Positions 9,922 to 19,158 of a stretch of DNA of 64,000 bases are shown here, one piece after another (position 1 is the stretch's first letter; the number at the start of each line of letters is the position of its first letter). Source of the DNA: Bacteroidia bacterium (GTDB lineage: Bacteria; Bacteroidota; Bacteroidia; UKL13-3); the NCBI GenBank assembly GCA_965279165.1, contig OZ257140.1:2936167-3000166 (forward strand), read 5' to 3'. The position numbers were made by a program, and so were the translations under genes. The notes beneath the pieces are model-generated. The model did no database searches. It saw only the letters and a program-made list of their open reading frames with translations, and had not been told where the DNA came from.

Positions 9922-11265
9922 ATGAAAATAGCGGTTGTAGGTACAGGATACGTAGGCTTAGTTACCGGTGCTTGTTTGTCGGATGTTGGTATAGATGTTA
10001 CCTGTATTGATATAGATAAGAAGAAAATTGAAAATTTAAATAATGGAATTCTCCCGATATACGAACCCGGCTTGGAGGAAATAGTGGAACGCAATGTGAA
10101 ATCAGGTCGTTTGCAGTTTTCAACCAGTTTGGCCGAAAGTATACATGGTTGTGATGTAGCATTTATTGCGGTAGGAACACCTCCTGGTGAGGATGGAAGT
10201 GCAGACCTGAAATATGTGTTGGGTGTGGCAAAGGAAATCGGCGAACATGTTGATGAATATATCGTTGTAGTTACCAAAAGTACGGTTCCTGTAGGAACAG
10301 CCATTAAAGTTAAAAAGACATTACAAGATGCATTAGATATACGTAAATCACGAACTACTTTTGATGTGGCTTCAAACCCTGAATTTTTAAAAGAAGGTGC
10401 AGCAATTGCCGACTTTCAAAAACCTGACAGAATTGTGATTGGCGTAGAATCACATCAAGCTGAAGATGTAATGCGCAAATTGTACCGTCCGTTTTTAATG
10501 AATGGTCATCCCATAATTTTTATGGATATACCATCAGCAGAAATGACTAAGTATGCTGCCAATGCTATGCTTGCTACTAAAATTAGTTTCATGAATGATG
10601 TAGCTAACTTATGTGAAATAGTAGGCGCAGATATTAACTTGGTTAGAAAGGGAATTGGATCCGACCCCCGAATCGGTAATAAATTTATTTATCCAGGAAT
10701 TGGTTATGGAGGTTCTTGCTTTCCTAAAGATGTTAAGGCTTTGGTTAGAACTGCAAAAGAAAACGGACATAACATGCGAATCCTGCAAGCTGTTGAAGAC
10801 GTGAACGAAGACCAGAAACATGTTTTGTTTAATAAAGTAACCAAGCATTATAATGGAGAGCTAAAAGGAAAAACTTTTGCGATTTGGGGACTATCCTTTA
10901 AACCTAAAACGGATGATATGCGTGAAGCACCATCTTTGGTTATTATTGATTCGATCTTAAAAGCAGGAGGGAAGGTTAAAACATTTGATCCTGTTGCCAT
11001 GCATGAGGCTAAAAAGGATTTAGGTGAACAGGTAGAATATTGCAAAGACCAATACGATACCCTTATTGATGCTGATGCTTTGTTGATTGCTACCGAATGG
11101 CCTGAATTTCGCTCACCAAACTTTAATGTGATGGCAAAACTGATGAAAGCAAAAGTGATATTTGATGGTAGAAATATTTTCGAATTGGAAGAAATGAGGG
11201 AACTTGGCTTTACTTATTATTGTATCGGAATCAACACTTCAAAAAATACCGCAAATGCCAGCTAA
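9922..11265 (+). CDS. ugd: UDP-glucose 6-dehydrogenase
   Basis: [19 protein letters not shown] is a Rossmann N-terminus, and the catalytic Cys region [10 protein letters not shown] is typical of the UDP-glucose/GDP-mannose dehydrogenase family. Confidence 0.9.
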   Translation: MKIAVVGTGYVGLVTGACLSDVGIDVTCIDIDKKKIENLNNGILPIYEPGLEEIVERNVKSGRLQFSTSLAESIHGCDVAFIAVGTPPGEDGSADLKYVLGVAKEIGEHVDEYIVVVTKSTVPVGTAIKVKKTLQDALDIRKSRTTFDVASNPEFLKEGAAIADFQKPDRIVIGVESHQAEDVMRKLYRPFLMNGHPIIFMDIPSAEMTKYAANAMLATKISFMNDVANLCEIVGADINLVRKGIGSDPRIGNKFIYPGIGYGGSCFPKDVKALVRTAKENGHNMRILQAVEDVNEDQKHVLFNKVTKHYNGELKGKTFAIWGLSFKPKTDDMREAPSLVIIDSILKAGGKVKTFDPVAMHEAKKDLGEQVEYCKDQYDTLIDADALLIATEWPEFRSPNFNVMAKLMKAKVIFDGRNIFELEEMRELGFTYYCIGINTSKNTANAS

Positions 11266-12229
11266 ACGTATATTAATTACCGGTGCAGCCGGATTTTTGG
11301 GTTCCCATTTATGTGATCGTTTTATTAAAGAAGGTTACGAAGTATTGGGAATGGATAACCTTATAACAGGTGATTTGAATAATATTCAACATTTGTTTAA
11401 ATTAAAGGAATTTGAATTCTATAACCATGATGTAAGTAAGTTCATACATGTATCAGGAAAAATAGATTATATCCTGCATTTTGCTTCGCCGGCAAGTCCG
11501 ATTGATTATTTGAAAATTCCAATTCAAACATTAAAAGTGGGTTCGTTGGGTATTCATAATTGTCTTGGTTTGGCTAGGGTAAAGAATGCTCGTGTTTTAA
11601 TTGCCTCTACAAGCGAAGTGTATGGCGATCCATTGGTTCATCCCCAAAACGAAGAGTATTGGGGAAATGTTAATCCGGTTGGTCCTCGTGGTGTTTACGA
11701 TGAAGCCAAACGTTTTCAAGAAGCAATGACAATGGCCTACCATACTTACCATGGACTTGAAACACGGATTGTACGTATTTTTAATACCTATGGTCCACGC
11801 ATGCGATTAAATGATGGAAGGGTATTGCCGGCATTTATTGGTCAAGCATTACGTGGTGAAGATCTTACCGTATTTGGCGACGGTTCACAAACCCGTTCGT
11901 TTTGTTATGTTGATGATTTGATCGAAGGTATTTACAGGTTATTGTTAAGCGATTATGCCTATCCGGTTAATATTGGTAATCCCGATGAAATCACCATTAA
12001 ACAATTTGGTGAAGAAATTATCAAATTAACAGGTACCACCCAACAATTGATTTTGAAACCTTTGCCAAAGGATGACCCTAAACAACGCCAGCCGGATATT
12101 ACATTGGCTCGTAAAATTTTAGGATGGGAACCAAAGGTGAATCGTGCAGATGGACTAAAAATCACCTACGAGTATTTTAAAAATCTTCCTAAAGAAGAAT
12201 TATACAAATCAGCGCATCGTTTCGAATAA
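11255..12229 (+). CDS. UDP-glucuronate decarboxylase (UDP-xylose synthase), NAD-dependent epimerase/dehydratase family
   Basis: The start is placed at the internal Met ([23 protein letters not shown]), an 11-nt overlap with ugd. The 50-nt N-extension on the longer ORF looks spurious. The SDR-extended fold, the YDEAKR active site, and pairing with ugd support the call. Confidence 0.8.
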   Translation: MPAKRILITGAAGFLGSHLCDRFIKEGYEVLGMDNLITGDLNNIQHLFKLKEFEFYNHDVSKFIHVSGKIDYILHFASPASPIDYLKIPIQTLKVGSLGIHNCLGLARVKNARVLIASTSEVYGDPLVHPQNEEYWGNVNPVGPRGVYDEAKRFQEAMTMAYHTYHGLETRIVRIFNTYGPRMRLNDGRVLPAFIGQALRGEDLTVFGDGSQTRSFCYVDDLIEGIYRLLLSDYAYPVNIGNPDEITIKQFGEEIIKLTGTTQQLILKPLPKDDPKQRQPDITLARKILGWEPKVNRADGLKITYEYFKNLPKEELYKSAHRFE

Positions 12230-12230
12230 T

Positions 12231-13103
12231 TTATTCTTCAAGAATTATATACATCGTTATTCTTTGGTAAACCGAATCATTCACCAATGGAATGTTTTTT
12301 AGGTCCTGCAATCTTTTATAAAACCCATGTTGTGTGCGGTAGTTTATCAAAGCTTGGGATATTTTGTACTTAAAATATGGATGTGTTTTTAGCTCTTCGA
12401 TTCTTACTTTATTAAGAGAGTAGCGTCTGGCTTTATCCGGATTGACGATGATCTTTCCTTCCAAATCATACAAAAGATCAATATCAAATCCCCAAACTTC
12501 GGTAAGCTGATTTAAATGGATAAATCCACCAAGTTTGTAGCGGTAGTCAAGTATGCGATGCGTTAAAGCCGGACCAATTTTATATAAGGAAACTATTTGC
12601 GTAGAATCTGCTCCATTGAGTTCAATTGGATATTGTTGCCTGCATTTCTTAAAGGAAGTATCCAATATCTTATTATCTGTAACATTGCCAATATGTACTT
12701 GAGGAATTAATTTCGCTATCAATTCCTTTTCTAGGCCATATATTTTATTCAAATCTTTTGGAAATCGAAATTGCCCCCCTTTTTCTTTGAAATGTTGTAT
12801 GGTTTGGATGTTTGATTCTGACATTCCTAATTTCCTGAAAGTCTTGTCAGTTGCCGTATTCGGATCGAATTTCAAGTTTTCGATATCCGTTAATACTAAC
12901 GAATCACTACTTTTCTTAATAGAATCATCGCGCAGGTAAAATATTTTCAAATCCGCAACCGGAGGCGGAAACACCATGCTGTAAAGGTCGGGAAGGAAAA
13001 TTACAAATGCGATGAGGATGAGTAGAGCAGTAAATCCTTTTCTTTCCTGGTTATTGAAATAGAAAAAGGATTTGAATAAGTTTTCAATCTTTTTTGGTTT
13101 CAT
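12231..13103 (-). CDS. helix-hairpin-helix DNA-binding membrane protein, ComEA-like
   Basis: It has an N-terminal TM helix and three HhH-like repeats (e.g. KISQALINYRTQHGFYKRLQDLKNIPLVNDSVYQRITMYI). Confidence 0.55.
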   Translation of the reverse strand: MKPKKIENLFKSFFYFNNQERKGFTALLILIAFVIFLPDLYSMVFPPPVADLKIFYLRDDSIKKSSDSLVLTDIENLKFDPNTATDKTFRKLGMSESNIQTIQHFKEKGGQFRFPKDLNKIYGLEKELIAKLIPQVHIGNVTDNKILDTSFKKCRQQYPIELNGADSTQIVSLYKIGPALTHRILDYRYKLGGFIHLNQLTEVWGFDIDLLYDLEGKIIVNPDKARRYSLNKVRIEELKTHPYFKYKISQALINYRTQHGFYKRLQDLKNIPLVNDSVYQRITMYIILEE

Positions 13104-13212
13104 TAGGCTTCTTCTGTTTGTAAACGAAGAAGTAATATAGTAAAACAGCTACGAAAATCCCAAAAAAAGTTTCAGTTGCCATCCAAACCCAGAAGTTTTC
13201 TCCCCAATTCAT
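13084..13212 (-). CDS. possible small membrane protein (42 aa) overlapping the ComEA-like start
   Basis: I translated it by hand as MNWGENFWVWMATETFFGIFVAVLLYYFFVYKQKKPNETKKD. It has a single hydrophobic helix and overlaps the downstream gene start by ~19 nt in another frame. It is below the length cut-off of the ORF track. Confidence 0.25.
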   Translation of the reverse strand: MNWGENFWVWMATETFFGIFVAVLLYYFFVYKQKKPNETKKD

Positions 13213-13430
13213 GTTGTTTTTAATTTATTAAAGTGAGAAATGCACCAATTTTTCATAAAGCAATTCAACACTATACCGCAAATATAATCATGGCTGTTGG
13301 TAATCTGATTATCTTTTATTGAAAGTACCCATGAACCCATTCATCCAATCATTCATAATCCATTCCCGCATGTAAAAACTACGTCGTGCCTCCTTGTTTT
13401 TATCGCGCGGGATTGATTCGCCTAGCGTCT

Positions 13431-13480
13431 CATCAACATCCATCCAATCATTCATCATTCATAATTCATCATTCACATCG
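13431..13480. repeat. CATTCAT/CATCCAT heptamer tandem repeat island
   Basis: The sequence catcaacatccatccaatcattcatcattcataattcatcattcacatc has a second block at 13335-13363. The same family is at 38681-38710, 5515-5540 (cataatt), and in reverse orientation at 51344-51430. Confidence 0.85.
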
Positions 13481-13520
13481 TTTTCATCTCAATAAGAAAA
13501 TCCTTACTTTTGTTTATTCC

Positions 13521-14294
13521 ATGGGCAATCGGTTTCTTTTTTTATATATTATATTCACGCCAATCTATCTGGTTGCTCAGGTACCTTCTTCAAAAATGGA
13601 TTATATGGAAGGAGGAAACCGTATTCTTGATTTTAAAATAACCTACACGTATCAATATGTTGAAGGAGATATGGCTCAACGTTTTGGTAATCTTAACCAT
13701 GTTGGTGGTGGTATTGTATATAAAACCAAAAAAAACTGGGCAGCTGAGTTAGAGTTGGGATACCAGTTTGGAAATGAAGTAAAAGAACCGGGGTTATTGT
13801 ATTTTCTCACCAACAGCAGTGGTGTAGTAATGAACAGCGGAGGTTATCCTGCTAATTATACGTTAGGCGAAAGAGGGTTTAATTTCACCGTTAAAATGGG
13901 GAAGGTATTTGCACTTTCAGATTATAACCGAAACTCAGGTATAATGGTAATGGTCGGAGCCGGATATTATATGCATAAAATTAATATCCAGAATAAAGCC
14001 AACGATATTCCAATGCTAACAGAGGACTTAAAGAAAGGATACGACAGATTAAGTGGCGGTTTTGGTCTAACTGAATTTATAGGTTATATGTTTCATAGCC
14101 AGAACCGCTTTATTAATTTTTATATAGGATTTGATTTTGTACAATCGTTTACCAAAAGTATTCGCGGTTATAATTACGATCAAATGCAATTCGATACTAA
14201 AAAGCGAATGGATGTTACCAATGGATTGAGGGTTGGTTGGTTAATACCTGTATATTTAAATGCAGCCGACGAAGACGAATTTGATTTTAAATGA
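13521..14294 (+). CDS. hypothetical secreted/outer-membrane protein (start corrected to internal Met with signal peptide)
   Basis: The ORF-track start at 13386 reads through the CATTCAT repeat island and would give a His-rich N-terminus. MGNRFLFLYIIFTPIYLVAQV is a plausible signal peptide. The gene overlaps waaA by an ATGA junction, which suggests an operon. Confidence 0.6.
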   Translation: MGNRFLFLYIIFTPIYLVAQVPSSKMDYMEGGNRILDFKITYTYQYVEGDMAQRFGNLNHVGGGIVYKTKKNWAAELELGYQFGNEVKEPGLLYFLTNSSGVVMNSGGYPANYTLGERGFNFTVKMGKVFALSDYNRNSGIMVMVGAGYYMHKINIQNKANDIPMLTEDLKKGYDRLSGGFGLTEFIGYMFHSQNRFINFYIGFDFVQSFTKSIRGYNYDQMQFDTKKRMDVTNGLRVGWLIPVYLNAADEDEFDFK

Positions 14295-15541
14295 GCAAAA
14301 TTGTTGGTTTAGTAGTATATGTAATCGGCTTGAAGTTGTATCAAACTGCAATAAGAGTGCTGTCGCCTTTTAATACGCGTGCCTCAAAAATGCGCGAGGG
14401 AAGAAAGGGTGAATTTGAAAGGATAAAAACTACTTTGCAACCGGAAAATCGCAAAAGAATTTGGTATCATTGCGCATCACTTGGCGAATTCGAACAGATT
14501 CGTCCAATATTAGAGAGATTGAGACAAATGAAATCGGATTTTGCAGTTGTTGTAACCTTTTTCTCTCCTTCCGGTTTTGATCAACGTAAAAATTATCCGT
14601 TGGCAGATTATGTATTTTATCTGCCATTCGACAGCAAGACGAATGCTAAAAGAATGGTTGATTTGGTAAATCCAACACAGGTGTTTTTTGCCAAATATGA
14701 TTTATGGTACTTCTATCTCAATGAATTAAAAAATCGGGGGATACCAGTGTATTTGGTGTCGGCAAATTTTCGCCCAACCCAGATCTATTTCAAATGGTAT
14801 GGTGCTTTTTTTAAAGAAATACTATTTGCATTTACCCATATTTTCTCCCAATTCAAAACCAGCACCGAATTATTACATGCAATTGGGTTAAAGCAAGCAT
14901 CGACCAGTGGTGATACTAGATTCGACAGGGTATTGGAATTGGCAAAAAATGCAACCGACAACATGATATTGGATGGTTTTACCAAAGATTCATTTGTTTT
15001 GGTTTTAGGTAGTTCGTATGATAAAGAAGATTTAATTGCAGCAGGTTTGAAACTTCGGGATTTAAATCTCAAGCTAATTGTTGCGCCTCACCATATTGGA
15101 GAAAAGAGAATTGCAGAGTGTGAAAATAATTTCGGGATTACTAATGTTTTACGTTATTCAAAAGCAAATAACAGCAATATACAAGAAGCCCGGATTTTGA
15201 TACTGGATAATATGGGAATGTTAGGCAATTCATATAGGTATGCCGACGCTGCATTTGTTGGTGGAGGATTTGGCAATAATGGCATTCATAATATCCTTGA
15301 ACCGCTAGCTCATGGTGTTCCGGTTTTATTTGGGCCGAATAACCATGCTAAATATCCGGAAACAATTTTAGCCATGAATAATAAGGTTGGATTTTGTATT
15401 ACAGGAACCAACGAATTAGATGAATTTATAAAAAAATCTATTCTACCCAAGAAGGAAAGAGAAAATTTACAGTTGCTTTGTGCCGAGTATGTAAATAGCC
15501 AATGTGGTGCCACCGACCGAATAATAAAGGCACTGAATTAA
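14291..15541 (+). CDS. waaA: 3-deoxy-D-manno-octulosonic acid (Kdo) transferase
   Basis: WYHCASLGEFEQIRPILERL is the classic KdtA/WaaA N-terminal motif, and a glycosyltransferase GT30 C-terminal domain follows. Confidence 0.9.
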   Translation: MSKIVGLVVYVIGLKLYQTAIRVLSPFNTRASKMREGRKGEFERIKTTLQPENRKRIWYHCASLGEFEQIRPILERLRQMKSDFAVVVTFFSPSGFDQRKNYPLADYVFYLPFDSKTNAKRMVDLVNPTQVFFAKYDLWYFYLNELKNRGIPVYLVSANFRPTQIYFKWYGAFFKEILFAFTHIFSQFKTSTELLHAIGLKQASTSGDTRFDRVLELAKNATDNMILDGFTKDSFVLVLGSSYDKEDLIAAGLKLRDLNLKLIVAPHHIGEKRIAECENNFGITNVLRYSKANNSNIQEARILILDNMGMLGNSYRYADAAFVGGGFGNNGIHNILEPLAHGVPVLFGPNNHAKYPETILAMNNKVGFCITGTNELDEFIKKSILPKKERENLQLLCAEYVNSQCGATDRIIKALN

Positions 15542-15678
15542 AATAGATTCCGGTTCTTCTTTTGGTATTTGAAAGGAGTGTTATTAGCAATTACATGGCA
15601 AAGGTATGGTATAACAAAAAACCGCTATGTAAATGGAATATCAATAAGTATACTTGCAGTTCGTATCGATAAGTAAAA

Positions 15679-16836
15679 ATGGAAGAATTGAATATCAGTT
15701 TCAAAGAGACAGAAAACCAGCAGATGGTAAAGCAAATGGCAAAGGATTTTGCAGAAAAATATATCCGACCTTTTGTGATGGAATGGGATGAAGCACAAAA
15801 ATTCCCTAAAGAAACAATGCAGGAAATGGGAAAACTGGGATTACTAGGGGTTTTGGTTCCTGAAAAATACCAGGGCGCAGGATTGGGTTATTATGAATAT
15901 GTTGCGGCTATACAAGAAATTACGAAAGTGTGCAGTTCTGTTGGTTTATCCATGGCTGCGCATAACTCTTTGTGTACCGGACATATTTTGCAATTTGGAA
16001 ATGAAGAACAGAAAGAAAGATGGCTTCCTAAACTTGCAACAGGCGAATGGATTGGAGCCTGGGGTCTAACGGAGGCCAATACCGGTAGCGATGCATTGCG
16101 AATGAAATGTGTAGCTAAGCAAGATGGAGATCATTGGATTTTAAACGGCGCTAAAAATTGGATTACACATGGTATTTCGGGAGAAGTTGCCGTGGTGTTA
16201 GCGCGTACAGGCGACTTATTGGATTCGAATGGCATCACCGCATTTGTGGTTGAACGTGGAACACCCGGATTCAGGGGTGGAAAAAAGGAAAATAAATTAG
16301 GAATGCGTGCTTCAGAAACGGCAGAAATGATTTTTGAAGATTGCCGTATACCCGCTACCCAAATTTTGGGAAAAGTAGGAGAGGGTTTTAAACAAGCAAT
16401 GAAGGTATTGGATGGAGGACGCATATCGATTGCTGCACTCTCTTTGGGTATTGCAAAGGGAGCATATGAAGCTGCGAAAAAATATGCACAGGAAAGGGAA
16501 CAATTCGGACAGCCAATTGCTAATTTTCAAGCGATTTCTTTCAAACTTGCCGACATGGCTACACGCATTGAAGCTGCTGAATTATTGACTTATCAAGCTG
16601 CTGATCTAAAAATGAAAGGCAAGCCTATGACCAAAGAGTCGGCAATGGCAAAATACTATGCCAGTGAAGTTGCAGTTTTTGCATCCAATGAGGCCGTTCA
16701 AATATTTGGAGGATATGGATATACAAAAGATTTTCCGGTAGAGAAATTTTATCGCGATTCAAAACTGTGTACCATCGGTGAAGGAACAAGTGAAATTCAG
16801 AAGCTGGTTATAGCCAGAGCGATATTGAAGGACTGA
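15679..16836 (+). CDS. acyl-CoA dehydrogenase (short/branched-chain type)
   Basis: 385 aa with the ACAD signature ([14 protein letters not shown]), an FAD-binding region, and a C-terminal catalytic Glu region ([15 protein letters not shown]). Confidence 0.9.
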   Translation: MEELNISFKETENQQMVKQMAKDFAEKYIRPFVMEWDEAQKFPKETMQEMGKLGLLGVLVPEKYQGAGLGYYEYVAAIQEITKVCSSVGLSMAAHNSLCTGHILQFGNEEQKERWLPKLATGEWIGAWGLTEANTGSDALRMKCVAKQDGDHWILNGAKNWITHGISGEVAVVLARTGDLLDSNGITAFVVERGTPGFRGGKKENKLGMRASETAEMIFEDCRIPATQILGKVGEGFKQAMKVLDGGRISIAALSLGIAKGAYEAAKKYAQEREQFGQPIANFQAISFKLADMATRIEAAELLTYQAADLKMKGKPMTKESAMAKYYASEVAVFASNEAVQIFGGYGYTKDFPVEKFYRDSKLCTIGEGTSEIQKLVIARAILKD

Positions 16837-16842
16837 AGGGAG

Positions 16843-16887
16843 GGGGTGATGGCTAATGGGTAATGGCTGAAGGGTAATGGCGCATGG
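16843..16887. repeat. GGGTAATGG-type tandem repeat island, left arm of an inverted-repeat pair flanking the four-helix-bundle gene
   Basis: The sequence ggggtgatggctaatgggtaatggctgaagggtaatggcgcatgg begins 7 nt after the acd stop. It is the reverse complement of the CCATTACCC island at 17723-17780. Confidence 0.8.
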
Positions 16888-17331
16888 TCGCATAATAACA
16901 ATCATCATACGAATTCAATAATTGAAGTTAAAAATGTATTCACCGAAAAAGCTTTGAATTATTTCTGTTTATTGTAAAAATTTCCTAAGCATACCAAAAG
17001 AAAGTTTATCAAAGATTTCTAATTGTAGTTTACTCTGCAGATGGATCAAAAGTTGAAAAGTAAATACCTACAATAATTTGGCATTGATAGTATTTACTGC
17101 CATTAACAGGCTTAGTCAAGAACAATGCTATTTACAGCCTAAAATTGATTTTGGTATATTTGCAAATAAACATGTTTCGAATAGGCATTGTGCTTCAACT
17201 CCCTACTATTGCCAATTCTGATACCGTTAAACACTATTTAATTTCTGCATAAAGAAACAAGAATCACAATAGCTTTCTATTAGTAGTTACTTCATTTTTG
17301 GGCTTTATTTGTCTTTCTAACCTATGAAATC

Positions 17332-17688
17332 ATGAGAAATTTCAGAGAACTCAAAATATGGGATAATTCAATGCAGATTATCATTCCTATTTATATAATC
17401 ACCAGCAAATTTCCATTGGAAGAGCGATTTGGATTGACTTCGCAAATGCGAAGAGCGTCTGTTTCAATTGCCTCTAATATTGCAGAAGGTTGCAGCAGAA
17501 ACAGCAACAAAGAATTCAGAAGATTTCTTGAAATATCCTTAGGTTCCGCCTACGAACTCGAAACCCAATCCATTATAGCCGGAGAGCTTGGCTATATATC
17601 CAAAGAACAATTAGCCGGCTTCCTTCTGAATTTTGTTGCGTTACAAAAACAAATCAACACACTAATTAATAAACTAAAAATCGAATGA
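17332..17688 (+). CDS. four-helix-bundle protein (23S rRNA intervening-sequence protein family, TIGR02436-like)
   Basis: 118 aa. The motifs FRELKIWDNSMQI ... RASVSIASNIAEGCSRNSNKEFRRFLEISLGSAYELETQ are characteristic of this family. A paralog is at 51946-52296. Confidence 0.85.
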   Translation: MRNFRELKIWDNSMQIIIPIYIITSKFPLEERFGLTSQMRRASVSIASNIAEGCSRNSNKEFRRFLEISLGSAYELETQSIIAGELGYISKEQLAGFLLNFVALQKQINTLINKLKIE

Positions 17689-17722
17689 CCAATTTCTCTT
17701 CCAAATTTGGAATCTTCGCAGC

Positions 17723-17780
17723 CCCATTACCCATTACCCATCTGCCATTACCTATTACCCATAAGCCATTACCCATCAGC
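17723..17780. repeat. CCATTACCC-type tandem repeat island, right arm of the inverted-repeat pair
   Basis: The sequence cccattacccattacccatctgccattacctattacccataagccattacccatcagc is the reverse complement of the 16843-16887 island. Confidence 0.8.
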
Positions 17781-17876
17781 TATAAGCTACATTCCTTGCT
17801 TAATCCAAATATTTCCCCTAATATTGCATCCCCCTTAAAATAAGAAGGGAGACTTAGGGAAAGGAGGTGTATAAAA

Positions 17877-18074
17877 ATGATATTCGTAAACGTAAAAGAA
17901 AATGAATCTTTAGACAGAGCGCTAAAGAAATTTAAAAAGAAGTTTGAGAAGACCGGAGTTGTAAAAGAACTGCGCGAGCGTCAATCATTCACCAAACCTT
18001 GTATTAAGAAACGACAAGAGAAAATTCATGCATCCTATAAGTTGTTTTTACAACAACAGGAAAGCAATGCTTAA
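17877..18074 (+). CDS. rpsU: 30S ribosomal protein S21
   Basis: 65 aa with VNVKENESLDRALKKFKKKFEKTGVVKELRERQSFTKP, matching the bS21 family. A strong Shine-Dalgarno-like GGAAAGGAGGTG lies 8 nt upstream of the ATG. Confidence 0.9.
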   Translation: MIFVNVKENESLDRALKKFKKKFEKTGVVKELRERQSFTKPCIKKRQEKIHASYKLFLQQQESNA

Positions 18075-18110
18075 TGCAGTAATTTCTAACTTATAACAAG
18101 CAATTATTAA

Positions 18111-18145
18111 ACCCTGTAGCTATTAGTTACAGGGTTTTTTGTTTT
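18111..18145 (+). terminator. rho-independent terminator after rpsU
   Basis: accctgta-gctattag-tacagggt is an 8-bp stem, followed by tttttgtttt. Confidence 0.8.
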
Positions 18146-18175
18146 ACGGAATATTGTGGTAATTTTGAATAGAGA

Positions 18176-19081
18176 TTGTTGGGTATGATAACCGAAAAGA
18201 CTGAAAAATTTGTTCAATTCCTTACCTACGAAAAGAAATTTTCTCCGCATACCATAAGCAACTATTCTTCAGATATTCTACAATTCACTCAATTTCTGGA
18301 ATTAACTTATGGAATAAGCCAAGTAACCGCTATTACACATTTACAAATTCGTTCGTGGATTGTATCACTCATGAATGAAAAAATTTCGGCCCGTTCTGTT
18401 GCCCGAAAAATTTCGACACTTAGATCCTTTTTCAAATTCCTGAACAGGGAGGGCGATTTAACTTTTAATCCTTTACAAAAAGTGAATTTGCCTAAAACGG
18501 TAAAAAGACTTCCGGTTTTTGTTGAAGAAAAACCAATGAATCGCTTGTTTGATCAGGTTTTGTTACAAACTGAAGGAGATACCTTGGAAATGCAACGCAA
18601 TCGATTAATTCTATTGTTATTCTATTCAACAGGAATACGTTTATCTGAGTTAATTGGGATTAAAAAGCAGGATGTCGACCAGAGTAGGGGGACCTTAAAA
18701 GTACTGGGTAAACGTAATAAAGAACGGATTATCCCGTTAACTTTAGAGGTTCTTGTCGAGATTAAGAAATTTCTGGATTTGGAGGAGCAACTAAAATTTA
18801 ACAGCGAATACTTGTTTTTAACAAATAAAGGAGAGAAATTGTATCCTAAATTGGTATACCGGATAGTAAATAGTAGTTTGGATATGGTGACATCGATCGA
18901 AAAAAGAAGTCCGCATGTTTTGCGCCACACATTTGCAACCCATTTATTGAATAAAGGAGCCGATTTAAATGCAATAAAGGAGCTCTTGGGACATGCAAAT
19001 CTGGCAGCCACGCAAGTTTATACCCACAATAGTATCGAACGATTAAAACAAGTTTACAAGAAAAAGCACCCACGTGCCTGA
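18176..19081 (+). CDS. tyrosine-type site-specific recombinase (XerC/XerD-like integrase)
   Basis: The C-terminal catalytic region HVLRHTFATHLLNKGADLNAIKELLGHANLAATQVYTH has the R..H..R..Y tetrad spacing of tyrosine recombinases, and there is an N-terminal SAM-like core-binding domain. It sits between rpsU and hpf. Confidence 0.85.
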   Translation: MLGMITEKTEKFVQFLTYEKKFSPHTISNYSSDILQFTQFLELTYGISQVTAITHLQIRSWIVSLMNEKISARSVARKISTLRSFFKFLNREGDLTFNPLQKVNLPKTVKRLPVFVEEKPMNRLFDQVLLQTEGDTLEMQRNRLILLLFYSTGIRLSELIGIKKQDVDQSRGTLKVLGKRNKERIIPLTLEVLVEIKKFLDLEEQLKFNSEYLFLTNKGEKLYPKLVYRIVNSSLDMVTSIEKRSPHVLRHTFATHLLNKGADLNAIKELLGHANLAATQVYTHNSIERLKQVYKKKHPRA

Positions 19082-19158
19082 TAAAATTCCTGTCAAAACA
19101 AAATAACAGAGGCTAGTGGTTAGGACAGGTAACTGCTACTTCGCAAACGAAACATACC

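Noticed and set aside
11204-11254. A longer start for the UDP-glucuronate decarboxylase would overlap ugd by 62 nt.
   Set aside because: The conserved Rossmann N-terminus begins at the internal Met ([14 protein letters not shown]). The extension has no support.
13386-13520. An N-terminal extension of the 13521-14294 gene gives a His-rich leader (HQHPSNHSSFIIHHSHRFH).
   Set aside because: It is a translation of the CATTCAT/CATCCAT tandem repeats and of the duplicated hairpin element. The downstream Met is followed by a proper signal peptide.
17332-17688. The four-helix-bundle genes could be part of a diversity-generating retroelement, since Avd proteins belong to this fold family.
   Set aside because: There is no reverse transcriptase ORF and no template/variable repeat pair anywhere in the window. 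The flanking repeats are inverted, not TR/VR-like direct repeats.
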